The notes below the pieces were generated by a model that did not search any database, was not told where the DNA came from, and saw only the letters and a list, made by a program, of their open reading frames with translations. A DNA stretch of 63,607 bases, counting the filler, from Olpidium bornovanus S191 (taxonomy: Eukaryota > Fungi > Olpidiomycota): NCBI GenBank assembly GCA_017911155.1. It is 33 parts of 33 records of this genome, joined end to end, with 100 filler letters (N's around TTAATTAATTAA, not from the genome) between each part and the next. Parts side by side here need not be neighbours in the genome. Positions count along the whole stretch, not along the records: positions 47,365 to 48,498 come from JAEFCI010013062.1; positions 48,599 to 49,730 come from JAEFCI010013231.1; positions 49,831 to 51,370 come from JAEFCI010012004.1; positions 51,471 to 55,159 come from JAEFCI010008505.1; positions 55,260 to 58,932 come from JAEFCI010013151.1; 28 more parts are not named here. One strand, written 5' to 3'. The first letter of the stretch is position 1, and each line of letters starts with the position of its first letter. This document shows positions 47,547 through 58,904 of this stretch, in pieces. The position numbers and the translations under genes are program-made.

Positions 47547-48498
47547 GTGGCGAGTTACACTGGCGATCTGAGCGCCCTCACTTGCCCGTCGTTCCTGCTC
47601 TCCACGACGAGTCTGACGGAGTACAGGTAAAAAGACTCGGGGGGCCGAGCCACCGGTCGGGGTCTCCGCCCGCCGCGAATCGAGCATTTTGCGCGTCCTT
47701 CTTGGCCGGACCGAGTCTTCCTAACGCGGCGCCCAGCGCAGCGCGTACTGGGCAGACCATCCAGACCTGCTTGCTGCGATCCCAAAGACGCCCAAGGAAG
47801 AAGGTGAATTCTTGGATCGACTCCGAGCGGCTCTTTCAGCCGGCCGTTGCTGGCCCGGCCGATTCTCGGCAGCTTCGTTGCTCGGGCACCCAGACCGCAG
47901 TTTACGGTCCCCTATTTTGACGAACTTCCTGCCGCCCTGCGAAGCGCGCATCGTGGCAGTGCTCAAGTGGTTCGTTTCCACCTTGTACGGGAGCTACTAC
48001 TCTCGGTGCGCCAAGGGTTTTGAGAAGAAGCCATATAATCCTGTGCTCGGCGAGGAATTTTTCTGCAACTTCAAGTGCGATAAGCCCTGCGGAAAGACTC
48101 GACTGTTTTGCGAGCAAGGTAATTTGATAACAACCGCAGGTCGATGCCGGGAAGCCAAGCATGCGGACCCTTCTCTGTTAACATCGCGAACTCAAAATTT
48201 TCTCACCTGCGGAATTTACCGCTTCCGTCCGGACCACCACGCAGTCAGCCACCACCCGCCCATAACTGCGTTTTACATCGAGAACCTTGAAGACGGCGTT
48301 TATCTCAATGGGCACTGTGGGTGTTAAGAGATTTCGGAACACCTAGCAGCGGCGCGCGGGCCACGGGAATCCGCGAACATGGACGCGGACCCATCCGTTT
48401 ACATCCTGTCGTACACGCGCACAGGTGGACAAAAGTCTTCGTTTAAGGGCACATCCATCCGGGTCCAACAAACCGGCAGGGTGATCCTGCGGACGACC
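47547..48498 (+). CDS. Oxysterol-binding protein homologue (Osh4/Kes1-like), internal exons
   Basis: VASYTGDLSALTCPSFLLSTTSLTEYS, VLKWFVSTL, EKKPYNPVLGEEF, and the spliced signature EQ|VSHHPPITAFY. Confidence 0.95.
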
Positions 48499-49261
48499 NN
48501 NNNNNNNNNNNNNNNNNNNNNNNNNNNNNNNNNNNNNNNNNNTTAATTAATTAANNNNNNNNNNNNNNNNNNNNNNNNNNNNNNNNNNNNNNNNNNNNCA
48601 TGCCCGTGACTACCTACTTCGTCACGTTCTTCTGCTGGAAAACAAACGTGACGTAGAAGAGTAGAGAGCAGCCAACCGATTAGGAGATACCGCTGGCGCC
48701 AGCTCTGCACACAACCGTTTCGACTACCCAACAAAAGCCCCTCAAATTTGGCAAGCACGGGATATGGCGTTGCTTCTGCGAATTTTTTCACTTGAGTAAC
48801 GCCAGCGCCTTACAAATTTAAAGTTTTAAAATAGGCTAAGGTTGTTACAACCCCAAGGTCGCCGCTCGTTTCACTGACCTTCGGTCGCTCGTACGCTTTC
48901 GCTTTTGAAGCTGCATTCCGCACCTTCCCAACACCCCAGTTTGCCCTCCCTCCCGTACTCCGCTCCAATTTTAAACGCTTTGAATAGTTGCGCGTTGCCA
49001 GCAGCAAGTAAGAGGGACGGCCCCACGTGACGCAGACGCCAACTTATGGTACACATTAAAAAAATGGGCTGTGCGCTAAATGTGAAAAGGAAGCCAAACG
49101 CAATGCGGAAGTCTTGGATGAATGATCGGTTAAATTTCTAAGACCTTATCACCTTTCCCGGGCAATGCTTTTGTCGATTTGGGAGCTGATTTGCAAAACG
49201 TGGGTCACCATCTCTTGCTGGGTTGTTGAAGGGCCGGGAAGCCGTCGTGGAAATTCGAATC

Positions 49262-49660
49262 TTACGACGCTCCGGGCCCGTTGGCGGCTGTCGATACCTC
49301 AAGCCGGGGCCTGGTGCCCGCGCTTTCAGAAAGGGGCCCGGCCTCCCCCGGCGCCGCGCCGTTTCCCGATGCTTCGCCGCAGAAGCTGTTGCCCTCGCCT
49401 CCGACCAAGTCGTCCACCAGGTCCTTCCCGATAGCGGGCATGAAGCTGCTCACGCTTTTCATCAAACTCATATAATTCTCTCCCCGCGCCGTCACCTCGC
49501 GAAGCAGTTTGTCGAACTCGTTCCGTCGGTTCAGCTCCCGCTTGCAGCGCTCCAGCGCGGCTTTGGACTGGTGGAGCTCCTTGGTCAGGTTGGCCACCCG
49601 CCGGCTGTTCATGGTGTAGTTGTTGCGGAGTTCCGCGATCTCGGAGACCAGGGCACTGCA
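49262..49660 (-). CDS. Unidentified coiled-coil protein, terminal exon
   Basis: ...NSRRVANLTKELHQSKAALERCKRELNRRNEFDKLLREV...* has a heptad-like pattern. Confidence 0.5.
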   Translation of the reverse strand, partial: CSALVSEIAELRNNYTMNSRRVANLTKELHQSKAALERCKRELNRRNEFDKLLREVTARGENYMSLMKSVSSFMPAIGKDLVDDLVGGEGNSFCGEASGNGAAPGEAGPLSESAGTRPRLEVSTAANGPGAS

Positions 49661-49865
49661 GTTGCCGCAACGGGGAAGTGCGAGAAGGTATTTATGAGGA
49701 ACGCGCGCTTTCCTCGATTACGCCATCTGCNNNNNNNNNNNNNNNNNNNNNNNNNNNNNNNNNNNNNNNNNNNNTTAATTAATTAANNNNNNNNNNNNNN
49801 NNNNNNNNNNNNNNNNNNNNNNNNNNNNNNGGGGGACGGAGGGGGGGGGGGGGGGGGGCGTGGGC

Positions 49866-49899
<34 letters not shown>

Positions 49900-50080
49900 G
49901 AAAGAGCACGCGATTGTGATTTTCTGACTCTTTCGCGTGACGCGGTTTTCTTTTAATTTATTCATTTCTTTTTGACCAGAGAGGGTGGGAGGGGGGCGTC
50001 ATTGCTTTAGAGGCGTTTTCGCGCTCAAACGGTCCGAAGGCCGCCGCACGCCGTAAGAGCGAGGCGCGAACAGCGAAAAG

Positions 50081-51370
50081 ATGCATTCGCTTCTCGCGGA
50101 CATACAGCGGCGGCCGGATCCGCCGCTGCCGCCGCCGCTCGAGGAAGGGGAGGGGGAGGAGGAGGAACGTCCGCCGGGAAGCGGCCTCGGCGGCGTGTTG
50201 GGCGACAGAGGTCGGCGGAAGCAGGAGCAAAAACGGATACCGAGGAAGTCGCGGGCGCGGCCGCCGCGTTCGGACGACAGCGCTGCGGCGGCGGGGCAAG
50301 CCGCCGGCGAGGACGTCGGGCACCATCAACGCCGCCGGCACCGCCACCGTTATGATCGGGAGGTAAATCGTCCCCCGGCGGCGGTCGACAGCGATACGGA
50401 GCAGGGCGGCCGCCTGCCCCGTCACCACCGCCGCACGTTGCTCGCGGCGTACAATTTGTCGGCGCACGAGGAGCAGGAGCACCGCCGCTCCCAAACTTCG
50501 GCTTCCGGAATTGACCGGGCGTCCGCGCCGCCTCCGCCGCCGGAGCAAGCGCGTCACAGGCACCGGCCTCGCAGCCACACGCCGGTGACGCCTGGTCACC
50601 CGCCCGCGGACGAGGCCCGGGAAGGCGTCCGGCCTAGAGTTTCCGCATCCGACGACGATCTGTCTTCGGCGATGCCGGCGGATTCGAAGCGTTCCGGGCG
50701 AGAATATCACCGCCGCACCACAACGACACCAGATGACGAAGGTCGCAAACTCCGCAGCCCCCGATCTGCGGTATCCGAAGGCGACTTGTCCTCCTCCGCA
50801 AGGCCGGACGAAAGGCAAGGCCGCGGACACAGCCGTCGCCGTCCCCCGTCGCCAGCCGCCTTTGTCGAATCATCAGCGGACGAGGACCGGGAACGCCGCC
50901 GAAATTCCGACGGCCGACGAGTAACGATGCCGGCCGACGGTCCACATCGGACGCACCGCCACCGCCACCACGCCCCACTGACATCAAAGTCCGCGAAAGA
51001 GGATGAGAAACGCAGGTACACCCAGCCTTTGTTGTCGGAAAGCGATGCGATTACATCGGAACCCCTGGATGACCCTCGTCTTGGCCAAGATACAACCCAA
51101 CCCGTGCTGCCGGCATCAAGAGACCCGCCACCAAATGAGGAACCTGAGAACTCCGGTCGTCATCGCTCCCGTCCTTCGGCGTCCGAGAGCGACCTTTCAT
51201 CAACGATGATACAGAAGGACAGATCGCGTCCCAGGGCCCGTCGCCGCCATAGCTCGCCAGGCCCGACCGCCGATAACGGACGCGAATATTCCGAGGTCGA
51301 ACGCCACAGTGTTTTGGAATCTGGCCGAGAGCTGGTCTCATCTACGCCGCAGGAGGAGGGACGTCATGAA
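50081..51370 (+). CDS. Long low-complexity Arg/Ser/Asp/His-rich (disordered) protein fragment
   Basis: A 430-codon stop-free frame with a recurrent RxSxSxxDLSS motif. Confidence 0.65.
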
Positions 51371-51470
51371 NNNNNNNNNNNNNNNNNNNNNNNNNNNNNN
51401 NNNNNNNNNNNNNNTTAATTAATTAANNNNNNNNNNNNNNNNNNNNNNNNNNNNNNNNNNNNNNNNNNNN

Positions 51471-52082
51471 CATGTCAATGCTTCGGCGGAGAGTGTTTCA
51501 CGAACCTGGGCCCGTAAAAGAGGCTTACCCGGAAATCCTGACCACATCTTCTTCTATGAGAACAACGAGGCCGGTGTGTGTCTGGGCGACGTTTGTTAGT
51601 CACATTGCGCTGCTGTCCCGCAGGCCGCAGCGCGCTCGTACTCAGGCGCAGCCTTGACAAACGTACGTTTAAAGCGGAAGCCGCCAGATCTGCCACGGTG
51701 CTCAATTTTTGGCGAAGTTCTTGCGTCGGCTGGAAACCGGATCGGGGCGTCTCAGATTTCCGCCAGCAGTTAAAACGTTTTGAGAAGAAGCAGGCGAAAA
51801 CCGCGGACGTCTCTTTATGTTCGTTTCTTTTTGTTGTTGTCGCCGTACCTCCCACCTGGTCCGATAGCTCCACAGTTTCTTCAGCCGCTCGCTCTCGTCC
51901 GGCGGGGCCGGCGGCCGCAGGAAATCGATGTACTGGAAGAATCCCGGATACTTCCCGTCGGGGGGCGCGTCAAGGTTCTCGCCCTTGGCGTAGGACGCCA
52001 AGTAATTGCGTATCTCTTTCTCCACGTGAGGCGGCAGGCCTCTCGTTGGCAGGCCGTCCGGGCAGTCGTCGCGCTGCGGCAT
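51471..52082 (-). CDS. GAF-domain protein (N-terminal part)
   Basis: aaaATG at 52082. PPAPPDESERLKKLWSY...| ELRQKLSTVADLAASALN| THTGLVVLIEEDVVRISG follows the GAF entry pattern P.P..E..RL..L..Y......L..LA...F....ISLID. Confidence 0.6.
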
Positions 52083-52867
52083 TTTGAGCGGGAAGGGTCC
52101 GCGGCGGGGCCAGGGCGACGGAAGGGAGTGGAAGGGAAGGCGCCGGAAAGTTGTCGAAAGATCGATTACATCAGTTGGTATGCGACCCTCGCCCCCGCGG
52201 CAAATTTATTAGTAATTAGCGGCCTACTCCCGCCCTCATCCCCCGTCGCAACTTCCTTCCTGTCATTCTGCCGCAACGCCCTAGACGAAACCCGGTTGTC
52301 TCGCGCCCTTCGGGAGCCTTGAAAACAGCATCCGCCGCAGTGGAAAGGTTTGCAGCCCGACCCTACCGGTGCGCGGCCTGGCCGTCGCCTTCCAAGACCA
52401 AAAACCCGGCGAGCCTCAAGCCCCTCCGGATGATGCCCATCCCGCACGCAACGGCGGCACTTCCCGTGGTCAGACACCTTTCGCGGCCGCTTCGGCGGGC
52501 GCTTCCAACCGCGGCTCGGTGTGGATAACAAACCCCGCAGCTCGAGCTACGCCAAAATCACGGCACCCGATTCCAGAGTCACGGGTTGCCGTCGTTGTCG
52601 GACGAAAAATCCCCCGCCCCTCCCCCACGTTTTCTCCCTCCGCCCGGGCCGGCCGGCCTTTTCCCAAACCCATTTCCTGCACCCTCTGCAACGCAATTTT
52701 CAGTTCACAGCAGTTTCGTTTGGATGCTACAAAACGACCAAATAGACTTTGCTCGCGCTTCCTCGATCAAAAATGGAAATGGCCGGGCAAAAGAAATGCT
52801 ACTCTCCTAAAACTTCCCGCCGGAGAAATGAGATAGGCGGGGAGTTTATTTCCCGCTCAGCGACAGA

Positions 52868-53315
52868 CTAACGGCGCCCCCCACCTCCGCCGAGGGCGCC
52901 TCTGCACCCGCCGGCGGCGCGGAATCCGCGGCAGCAGGCGGTGCGGCGGAGCTTTTTTTGTGTGCGCGGCGGAATGATCGCAGGTTGGTCAGGATTATGC
53001 GGGACGCGCGAAATAATAATAATAATAATAAAAAAGGCCTCATAATATCAATAAAAAAGCCTCGGCCGGGAGTGGGCGGGAGGTGAGGTTCAGGCGGGCG
53101 GGAAGGGAAGCGGGCGTAGGGGGGCCGCAAAAAAAAAAATGCAAGTGACGTACGCGAGCGCAGCACGCGTTGAAGTCGCATCCGCGCCTGAAGAATCCTA
53201 GGCCGAACTGGGGTTCCGGGATCGGCTCGGGTTCGGGTTCGGCGTGGGCGACGGCCGCCCCGGCGAAGAACGACACAAGCGCGACGAAAACGGCGAGGAA
53301 GGCCTGCAGTCGCAT
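52868..53315 (-). CDS. Complete 81-aa secreted cysteine-rich cationic prepropeptide (two exons)
   Basis: Exon 1 is 53315-53154. The intron 53153-52952 is gtacgt...ctgac...aaaaaaag (first AG after the branch site, phase 0). Exon 2 is 52951-52868. Product: MRLQAFLAVFVALVSFFAGAAVA-HAEPEPEPIPEP-QFGLGFFRRGCDFNACCARLRRTACCRGFRAAGGCRGALGGGGGRR*. Confidence 0.8.
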
Positions 53316-54304
53316 GATTATGATGTTATGGGGGAGGGAGACGGGCCGCGGCGGGCGCGGGAAGGAGGGTTGAGCCGGTGCGGGCCGGGAAGGAGTGTGT
53401 GGGTTCTGGATCGGAAAATCCGCGGGGCCGGTGACCGGGACGAACGGAGCTTTGTTTTCCCGCAAATATTCCGCCGGCGTCCGGCGTTTTAATGCCAAGC
53501 AGAGGCGCGAGCGGCAACCCTTCTCCCGCCCTTTCCCCCCACGCTCGAGCTGCCCTACGGCGGCGGAGCGCGGAGCTCGTCGTCAGGCTTTGCGAGTTTT
53601 GCTCTGCAACGGAAGCGGCGTCCGTGACGCGCGTTTTGGCCGCGACGTTGGGCCCCGCTACGCGCGCGGGGCGGGCCGTCTCTCCTTCCCCCACGGAAAG
53701 CGAAAAAAAGAAATCGAGAAGATTCTTTCGCGCAGTTTGCGCTTTCTTTTTTTACTTTTGGAGAGCAACTTAAAGATAAAGTCGCGGTGGGGACGGTCCC
53801 AACCGGGAAGACCAGCGCAGAGCGCGAGCTTCCAATCGCGAGCTAAAAGAAAAAAAAACCTGCCTCGCCCCCCGCCCTCGCAAAACTCGGCTTCCCACGG
53901 CGGGTTCGACGGGGCGGTTGGCGTGTTAGCGGCGCTGAACGTCCGAGTTTTACATCAGCAAACTTCGTGTTATTGCGAGCCGACGAAGATTATGCTCGAA
54001 AGCCAAACGCAGGAGCTGATTTTGCGGCGGGCAGGATGTCGGCGGCCGAAAAGCCCGAAAAAATACTTCGCCGTCATAAAAAAAAATAACACAGCGGGTG
54101 CGCAGCGGATGGAAGGGGGAGCTGGGGCGCGGGCACGTTTGTTGATCACGGCGAGGGAAAGAATGATTACAAAAAAAAAATTATACCTCGACAGCCCGTC
54201 GCCAGCCTTGAAACCGGAAGGGGGCGACTTCTTTTGGAAAGAACTTTGGGAACCTCAGAAAAAAAAACAGGCGGAGACGCGGGTCGTTTGCTGCTCGCGC
54301 ACAA

Positions 54305-54603
54305 TGTTGGCCGTAGTTGACCCATGTCAAGTGACCACCATATTGTGAAACCCGGCTGTGCGCACCTAAACACCGTGAATGAATGGGAGCTCAACCGCCG
54401 ACACAAATGACAGGTTATCAGCCCAGCCGGACTCCTCTGGCCGCCACGCAGCAACAGCCCAAGGAGGTGAGGGACAACGGGAACAGCGGGTACACGACGC
54501 ACCTAAGAGGAGCCTGGACCTTGGAAGAAGCTTCTGCACTAGGGGGGGGGGGGGGGGGGGGGGGGGCGGGGACGGCGGGGGGCGGGGGGGGGGGGGGGGG
54601 GGT

Positions 54604-54641
<38 letters not shown>

Positions 54642-55159
54642 CGTGCCTTACGATTCCCCGCTGGCTGAGGGCAACTGGAGTGAAAAGTTAATATGCGGGC
54701 TGTTTTTATGCGAGGGAGGCTGTGGAATGTGGTATCTGGTGCGCGCCGATGTCCCCGGGGCGAGGCCGCGCAGGAATGGCTCATCTCGGTTAGGAAAGCC
54801 TTCGGCGAGATTTTCCCGCACGTCAGCGACCTCTACGAGCACCTCTTTGACGGGGTCGAGACATCCGAGAACGCCTGGAAAGCACTTTCCGCGCACTTTG
54901 AGAACGCAGGCTATTTGGCGCGCCCGGATCTCAAGAGAGCGCCCTACACCACGACCATGGTGGACACGGAGACCCTCGACAAATTTGAAATATACTAGTA
55001 TAATATATTCTGTTTACTATAATAGAATATATAGTAATATACGTTACAGAATATTATAGATTTATAAGATGTCAAATTCTAAAGTACAATCTATAAATCT
55101 ATAGGCACGCGCCTCAAGGACATTGTCCGTCGGCTCGGCGATCAGGGCGAAGAAACATG
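54305..55159 (+). mobile_element. Copia element 5' end: 108-bp LTR (54305-54412), PBS (54413-54426) and degenerate gag
   Basis: TGTTGG...ATGACA followed by GGTTATCAGCCCAG. Gag reads LAEGNWSE..NMRAVFMRGRLWNVVSG..CP...EW...TSENAWKALSAHFE...MVDTETLDKF|GTRLKDIVRRLGDQGE. Confidence 0.85.
54988..55104. other. 117-bp AT-rich (about 82% AT) insertion inside copia gag
   Basis: Removing it joins TTT G|GC ACG CGC CTC AAG in frame (F-G-T-R-L-K). It contains a 12-bp inverted repeat (55056-55067 / 55092-55103). Confidence 0.75.
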
Positions 55160-55259
55160 NNNNNNNNNNNNNNNNNNNNNNNNNNNNNNNNNNNNNNNNN
55201 NNNTTAATTAATTAANNNNNNNNNNNNNNNNNNNNNNNNNNNNNNNNNNNNNNNNNNNN

Positions 55260-56441
55260 CATGTCAGACCGCCGCCGACGGACGCGGCCGGCCGCGTCAC
55301 CGGCTTCGCGCGGCTCCGGTCGCTCAACATCACGGGCAACGCGGTGTCCGGCTGGGCGGGCATCGACAACCTGAACCAATATCCGTCTTTTCGAGAGCTG
55401 CGGCTAAAAGGAAATCCGGTGGTGGTTGGTAGGTCCTCGATTCCGCCCCTTGGCACCAGATCCGCGGGCGCGCAGCGGACGAGATCCTCGATGAGAGCAA
55501 TAAAATAAGTCCTTTGCAGCCAACCAAGCGGCGATAACGGACGTCGTCGTGACCTCGAGACTGAAAAACCTAACGGCGTACAACGGCGCTCACGTGAGAT
55601 CACCCGTCCCGGCCAGGCGGTTCTCGCTTTGTTTTAAACCGCGTTTGTCACGCTCGCGTTTTGGGGCGGCGGGAGCAATCAGTTTTTCCGACCGGCGTCA
55701 TTTCTTTTTTTTCTTTTTTTTTTTTCGCTCGTCGCAGATCGCGCCGCGGGACCGCGTGAACGCTGAAGTGTACTACCTCAACACTTTCGCGAAAGACCGG
55801 ACGAAAGTCCCCGAGGAGGAGTTTTTAAACGCGCACCCGCGCTGGAAGGAGCTGTGCGCGCTCCACGGGGACCCCGTGGTCGACGAGGAAGCCGACAAGG
55901 AGAACAGCGCGGTGATGAAGAACCGACTGTTGGGTGCGTGGTAACCTCGCGCGTTTGCGAACCCCCAATCCGCCCACCGCCACCGCCACCCTTCCACCCT
56001 TCCACCCCTCGTTTCTGACGGCGATGCCGCTGGTCGCGCAGAGGTCAGCATTATTCGGCTGCCGACCGATTCGTCGGAAGAAGGCAAGACCGTCAAGAAA
56101 AAAGTCCTCGGTACGGGCGCGCCGTGCTCCAGCCGGTGGTGGCCGAAAAAAAAACCACCTGAACAAGACTTCCGGCGCCGTGTCCGCGGCTTTTTCGTAC
56201 GCGGAAGTTCTGACGCGCCGCGCCGGTTTCTTCTTCGAAACGCCTTGCAGGGACCACTACCGTCCGCATGTTGAGAACCCTGGTCCAGCGCATCCTGGGT
56301 GTGTCCGCCGCGAAGCAGAGGTTGTTTTTGGTGGCAACGGACGAGAGCGGCGCGCGGTTCGAAATTCCGCTGGCCGACGAGCTGCGCGAGCTCAAGTACT
56401 ACGGGGTCGGCCCGGGCGCGGAGATCGTCTGTTATCCCTGA
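55260..56441 (+). CDS. TBCE: Tubulin-specific chaperone E (LRR and C-terminal UBL), 3' part
   Basis: LRR FARLRSLNITGNAVSGWAGIDNLNQYPSFRELRLKGNP, then SRLKNLTAYNG|IAPRDRVNAEVYYL, HPRWKELCALHG, and the UBL end ...LADELRELKYYGVGPGAEIVCYP*. Confidence 0.9.
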
Positions 56442-56895
56442 ATGACGGCAAATAACCCGCAACACGTTATCTGGCCGATAGGGGTTTTTTTATGTGGGGC
56501 TCTGGGCACAGTCAGAGCTTTCGACGACTGCAGGAGGGTGGCGTGAAGGCGGGGCGGGGGAGGTTGTATCGTTCACGCGTTTTTCTTTTCTGGTCGTCGC
56601 CTTTGGACCGGGCGCAACGCGCCATTCGGGGTTATGGAAGTCCCCTCAAGCGTCGACAGGTTGAAAGGTTTTAAAATGCCCGAAAAGTGCCTAATTGGTG
56701 CCTACAAACCTACAGGCTGATCGCGTTTTGGCTCGAAGCTCCGAAACTGACTCTCGTTTCAATGGTGTTACCCGATGGGTCTCGAAACGTGTCGACGCTA
56801 GCGTTTTAACGTATAAAGCTCACGGTGGGGCTCCTGAACGGGTAAATTTTTTCCTTTGGCGAAGCCGGCGGAGAACGAAGAGGGCCATTGGGGGT

Positions 56896-56952
<57 letters not shown>

Positions 56953-57473
56953 GGAGGGAGTCGTGGACTGCGAAACAAAACCAGGATTAACCGAAAAGCG
57001 ACAGAAACCGAGTGATCAAAGTGCAGCAGGGACGTACGACCGGACAATGGGGTGGGGGGCTGTTACAAATGCGACTGGTTGACTCGTATCGGCTCCCAAA
57101 CGTGGAAACGCGATTGCTCTCGCACAGGCACAATCCGGACATTGTACCCGACTGTTCAGTTCTCCCAGTGTAAACAGTATATCACCTCCATAAAAGCGGC
57201 TTACTGTGCACGACATTTGTTCACGAAAGCCGGAACACTCGGGCGGGCAAGTACTGGTCGCACGCGACCGACTTACTCACGCACTGAAAACAGGTATTTT
57301 CCCCGAGCGGACTGTTTCCAAGCAGATTCCCAAAAATTGTCGTCAGTTAAAAGTGAGGTCCGAGGACGTTGTCCTTGCATGCGAATTATGACGATAACAG
57401 TCCGGCTGTAGAGCGATGTGGCTACCCACAGCTTCCGATGATTCGCAGAGCGCCCGAGAACGACAGATGCCGT

Positions 57474-58904
57474 TCACTCGATGTGCTTGGCCCGGTACAA
57501 AAGTAAGCTGTACGCACGAGCAGAGGAAAAAAGTGAGGATGACGCTACCGGCATACGCAGAAACAACCTGGCGCAGGCCCAAAACGGCCACGTCACACCA
57601 CGCCTCGCTCCTGGAGCGCCGGACACAACGTACTAGGCCGTGTGCCAGTCACCTCCGCCGTCCAACTTAATGACTTCCTCTGCCTTCACTATCGACACCT
57701 TGTCATCGTCGAACTTAAACCACTCGTCTACATTAATTTGAAAACTTTTAGGATTCAGCTCCAAAAAAACACATTCAACGGGCGCTCAAAACGAGCAAAC
57801 TTAAACGTAAGCTTCTAGGAGACCGTTTAAAACGCACACACCGTCATCTTTTCTGACCCATGCAATATAGTGGCCTGTTCGTGTTCAAGGACCGCACGGG
57901 AATACGAAAGGTGTTCACACGACTCGACACGTCCGCATGTGCACTTTCGATGCAGTATTAGCGCCTGTCGCCCGCCATACCTGCATCCAGGGTGCGGCCG
58001 ATGTGCGTCAAGACGGCGCATAGATCGTATTGTCCGTGTGGATTGCTCCCCTCGTCAGCCACGAGGTCTGGATGGAAGATCTCAGACAAGGGTTTGGCTC
58101 TCTCAGCCGCTTTCTGTTTCAATGCATCCTGGAACGCAGTTGACGCCCCGGCCGTCGCGTTTCCAGTCGACGGTGGGTCAGGCGAGAAGGGTTTGTCGGT
58201 GGAAGCCGGTTCCGCAGTCGTGTCCGCTGGCGGACTTGCATCTGCAACGCCCGGTTTCGTCTTCGCAAGTCGCTTTCCGTGATATATGACGGTCATCCGT
58301 AAGTACTCCGTTCGCGCGACAGCGTCACCGCATCCGCTAGCGGCGGCGAGTGTAACACACCTTGGCGTTTGCCTTTTCCTCGCCCAAGGCAATCACCCTC
58401 CGCTTCGCCATCGCCATCTTCTCTTGTAGTTCAGGGGTACATAATTCCGAGGCGTCGAAATCCATTGGGAACTTCACTTTCTGCAACACGCGCAGAGCAC
58501 AATCAATACATAAAGGGTCAAATCTCTGAGCGTTGTCGCCAAAGCCACCTGTTCCGCCGGGAACACGGCTTCCACAAAGCCGAGTGTACGAAAGGAAACG
58601 TGCCTCGCGGCCTTCGCGGCTCCGGCACACCCACCCGCAAAATCTTCGCCCGAACCCGGGATTCTGGCTTCCAGTAGAACCGCACGAAGTCGACTGCGAG
58701 ATACTTGGGTAGGCGGCTTACGCGAGACGACTTTGAGTGCATTGCAGTCCTTCCCAGAGTGGTCGAATTCTTCTCAATTTTCTCGTCCAGACTTTCTTTT
58801 ATGCCGTTTATCATGAAGTTTACGTCTTGAATGGACGGAAAGGCGTCGATATGGCCCGCAGCATTCCCAAACAATGTACGAAAACAAAAAGCCCGAATCA
58901 TCAC
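57474..58904 (-). CDS. UBP6: Ubiquitin C-terminal hydrolase Ubp6/USP14, 3' part
   Basis: EKIEKNSTTLGR...SRLPKYLAVDFVRFYWK...AKILR|KVKFP, GSNPHGQYDLCAVLTHIGRTLDAGH, EWFKFDDDKVS...KLDGGGDWHTAY|LLLYRAK*. Confidence 0.96.
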
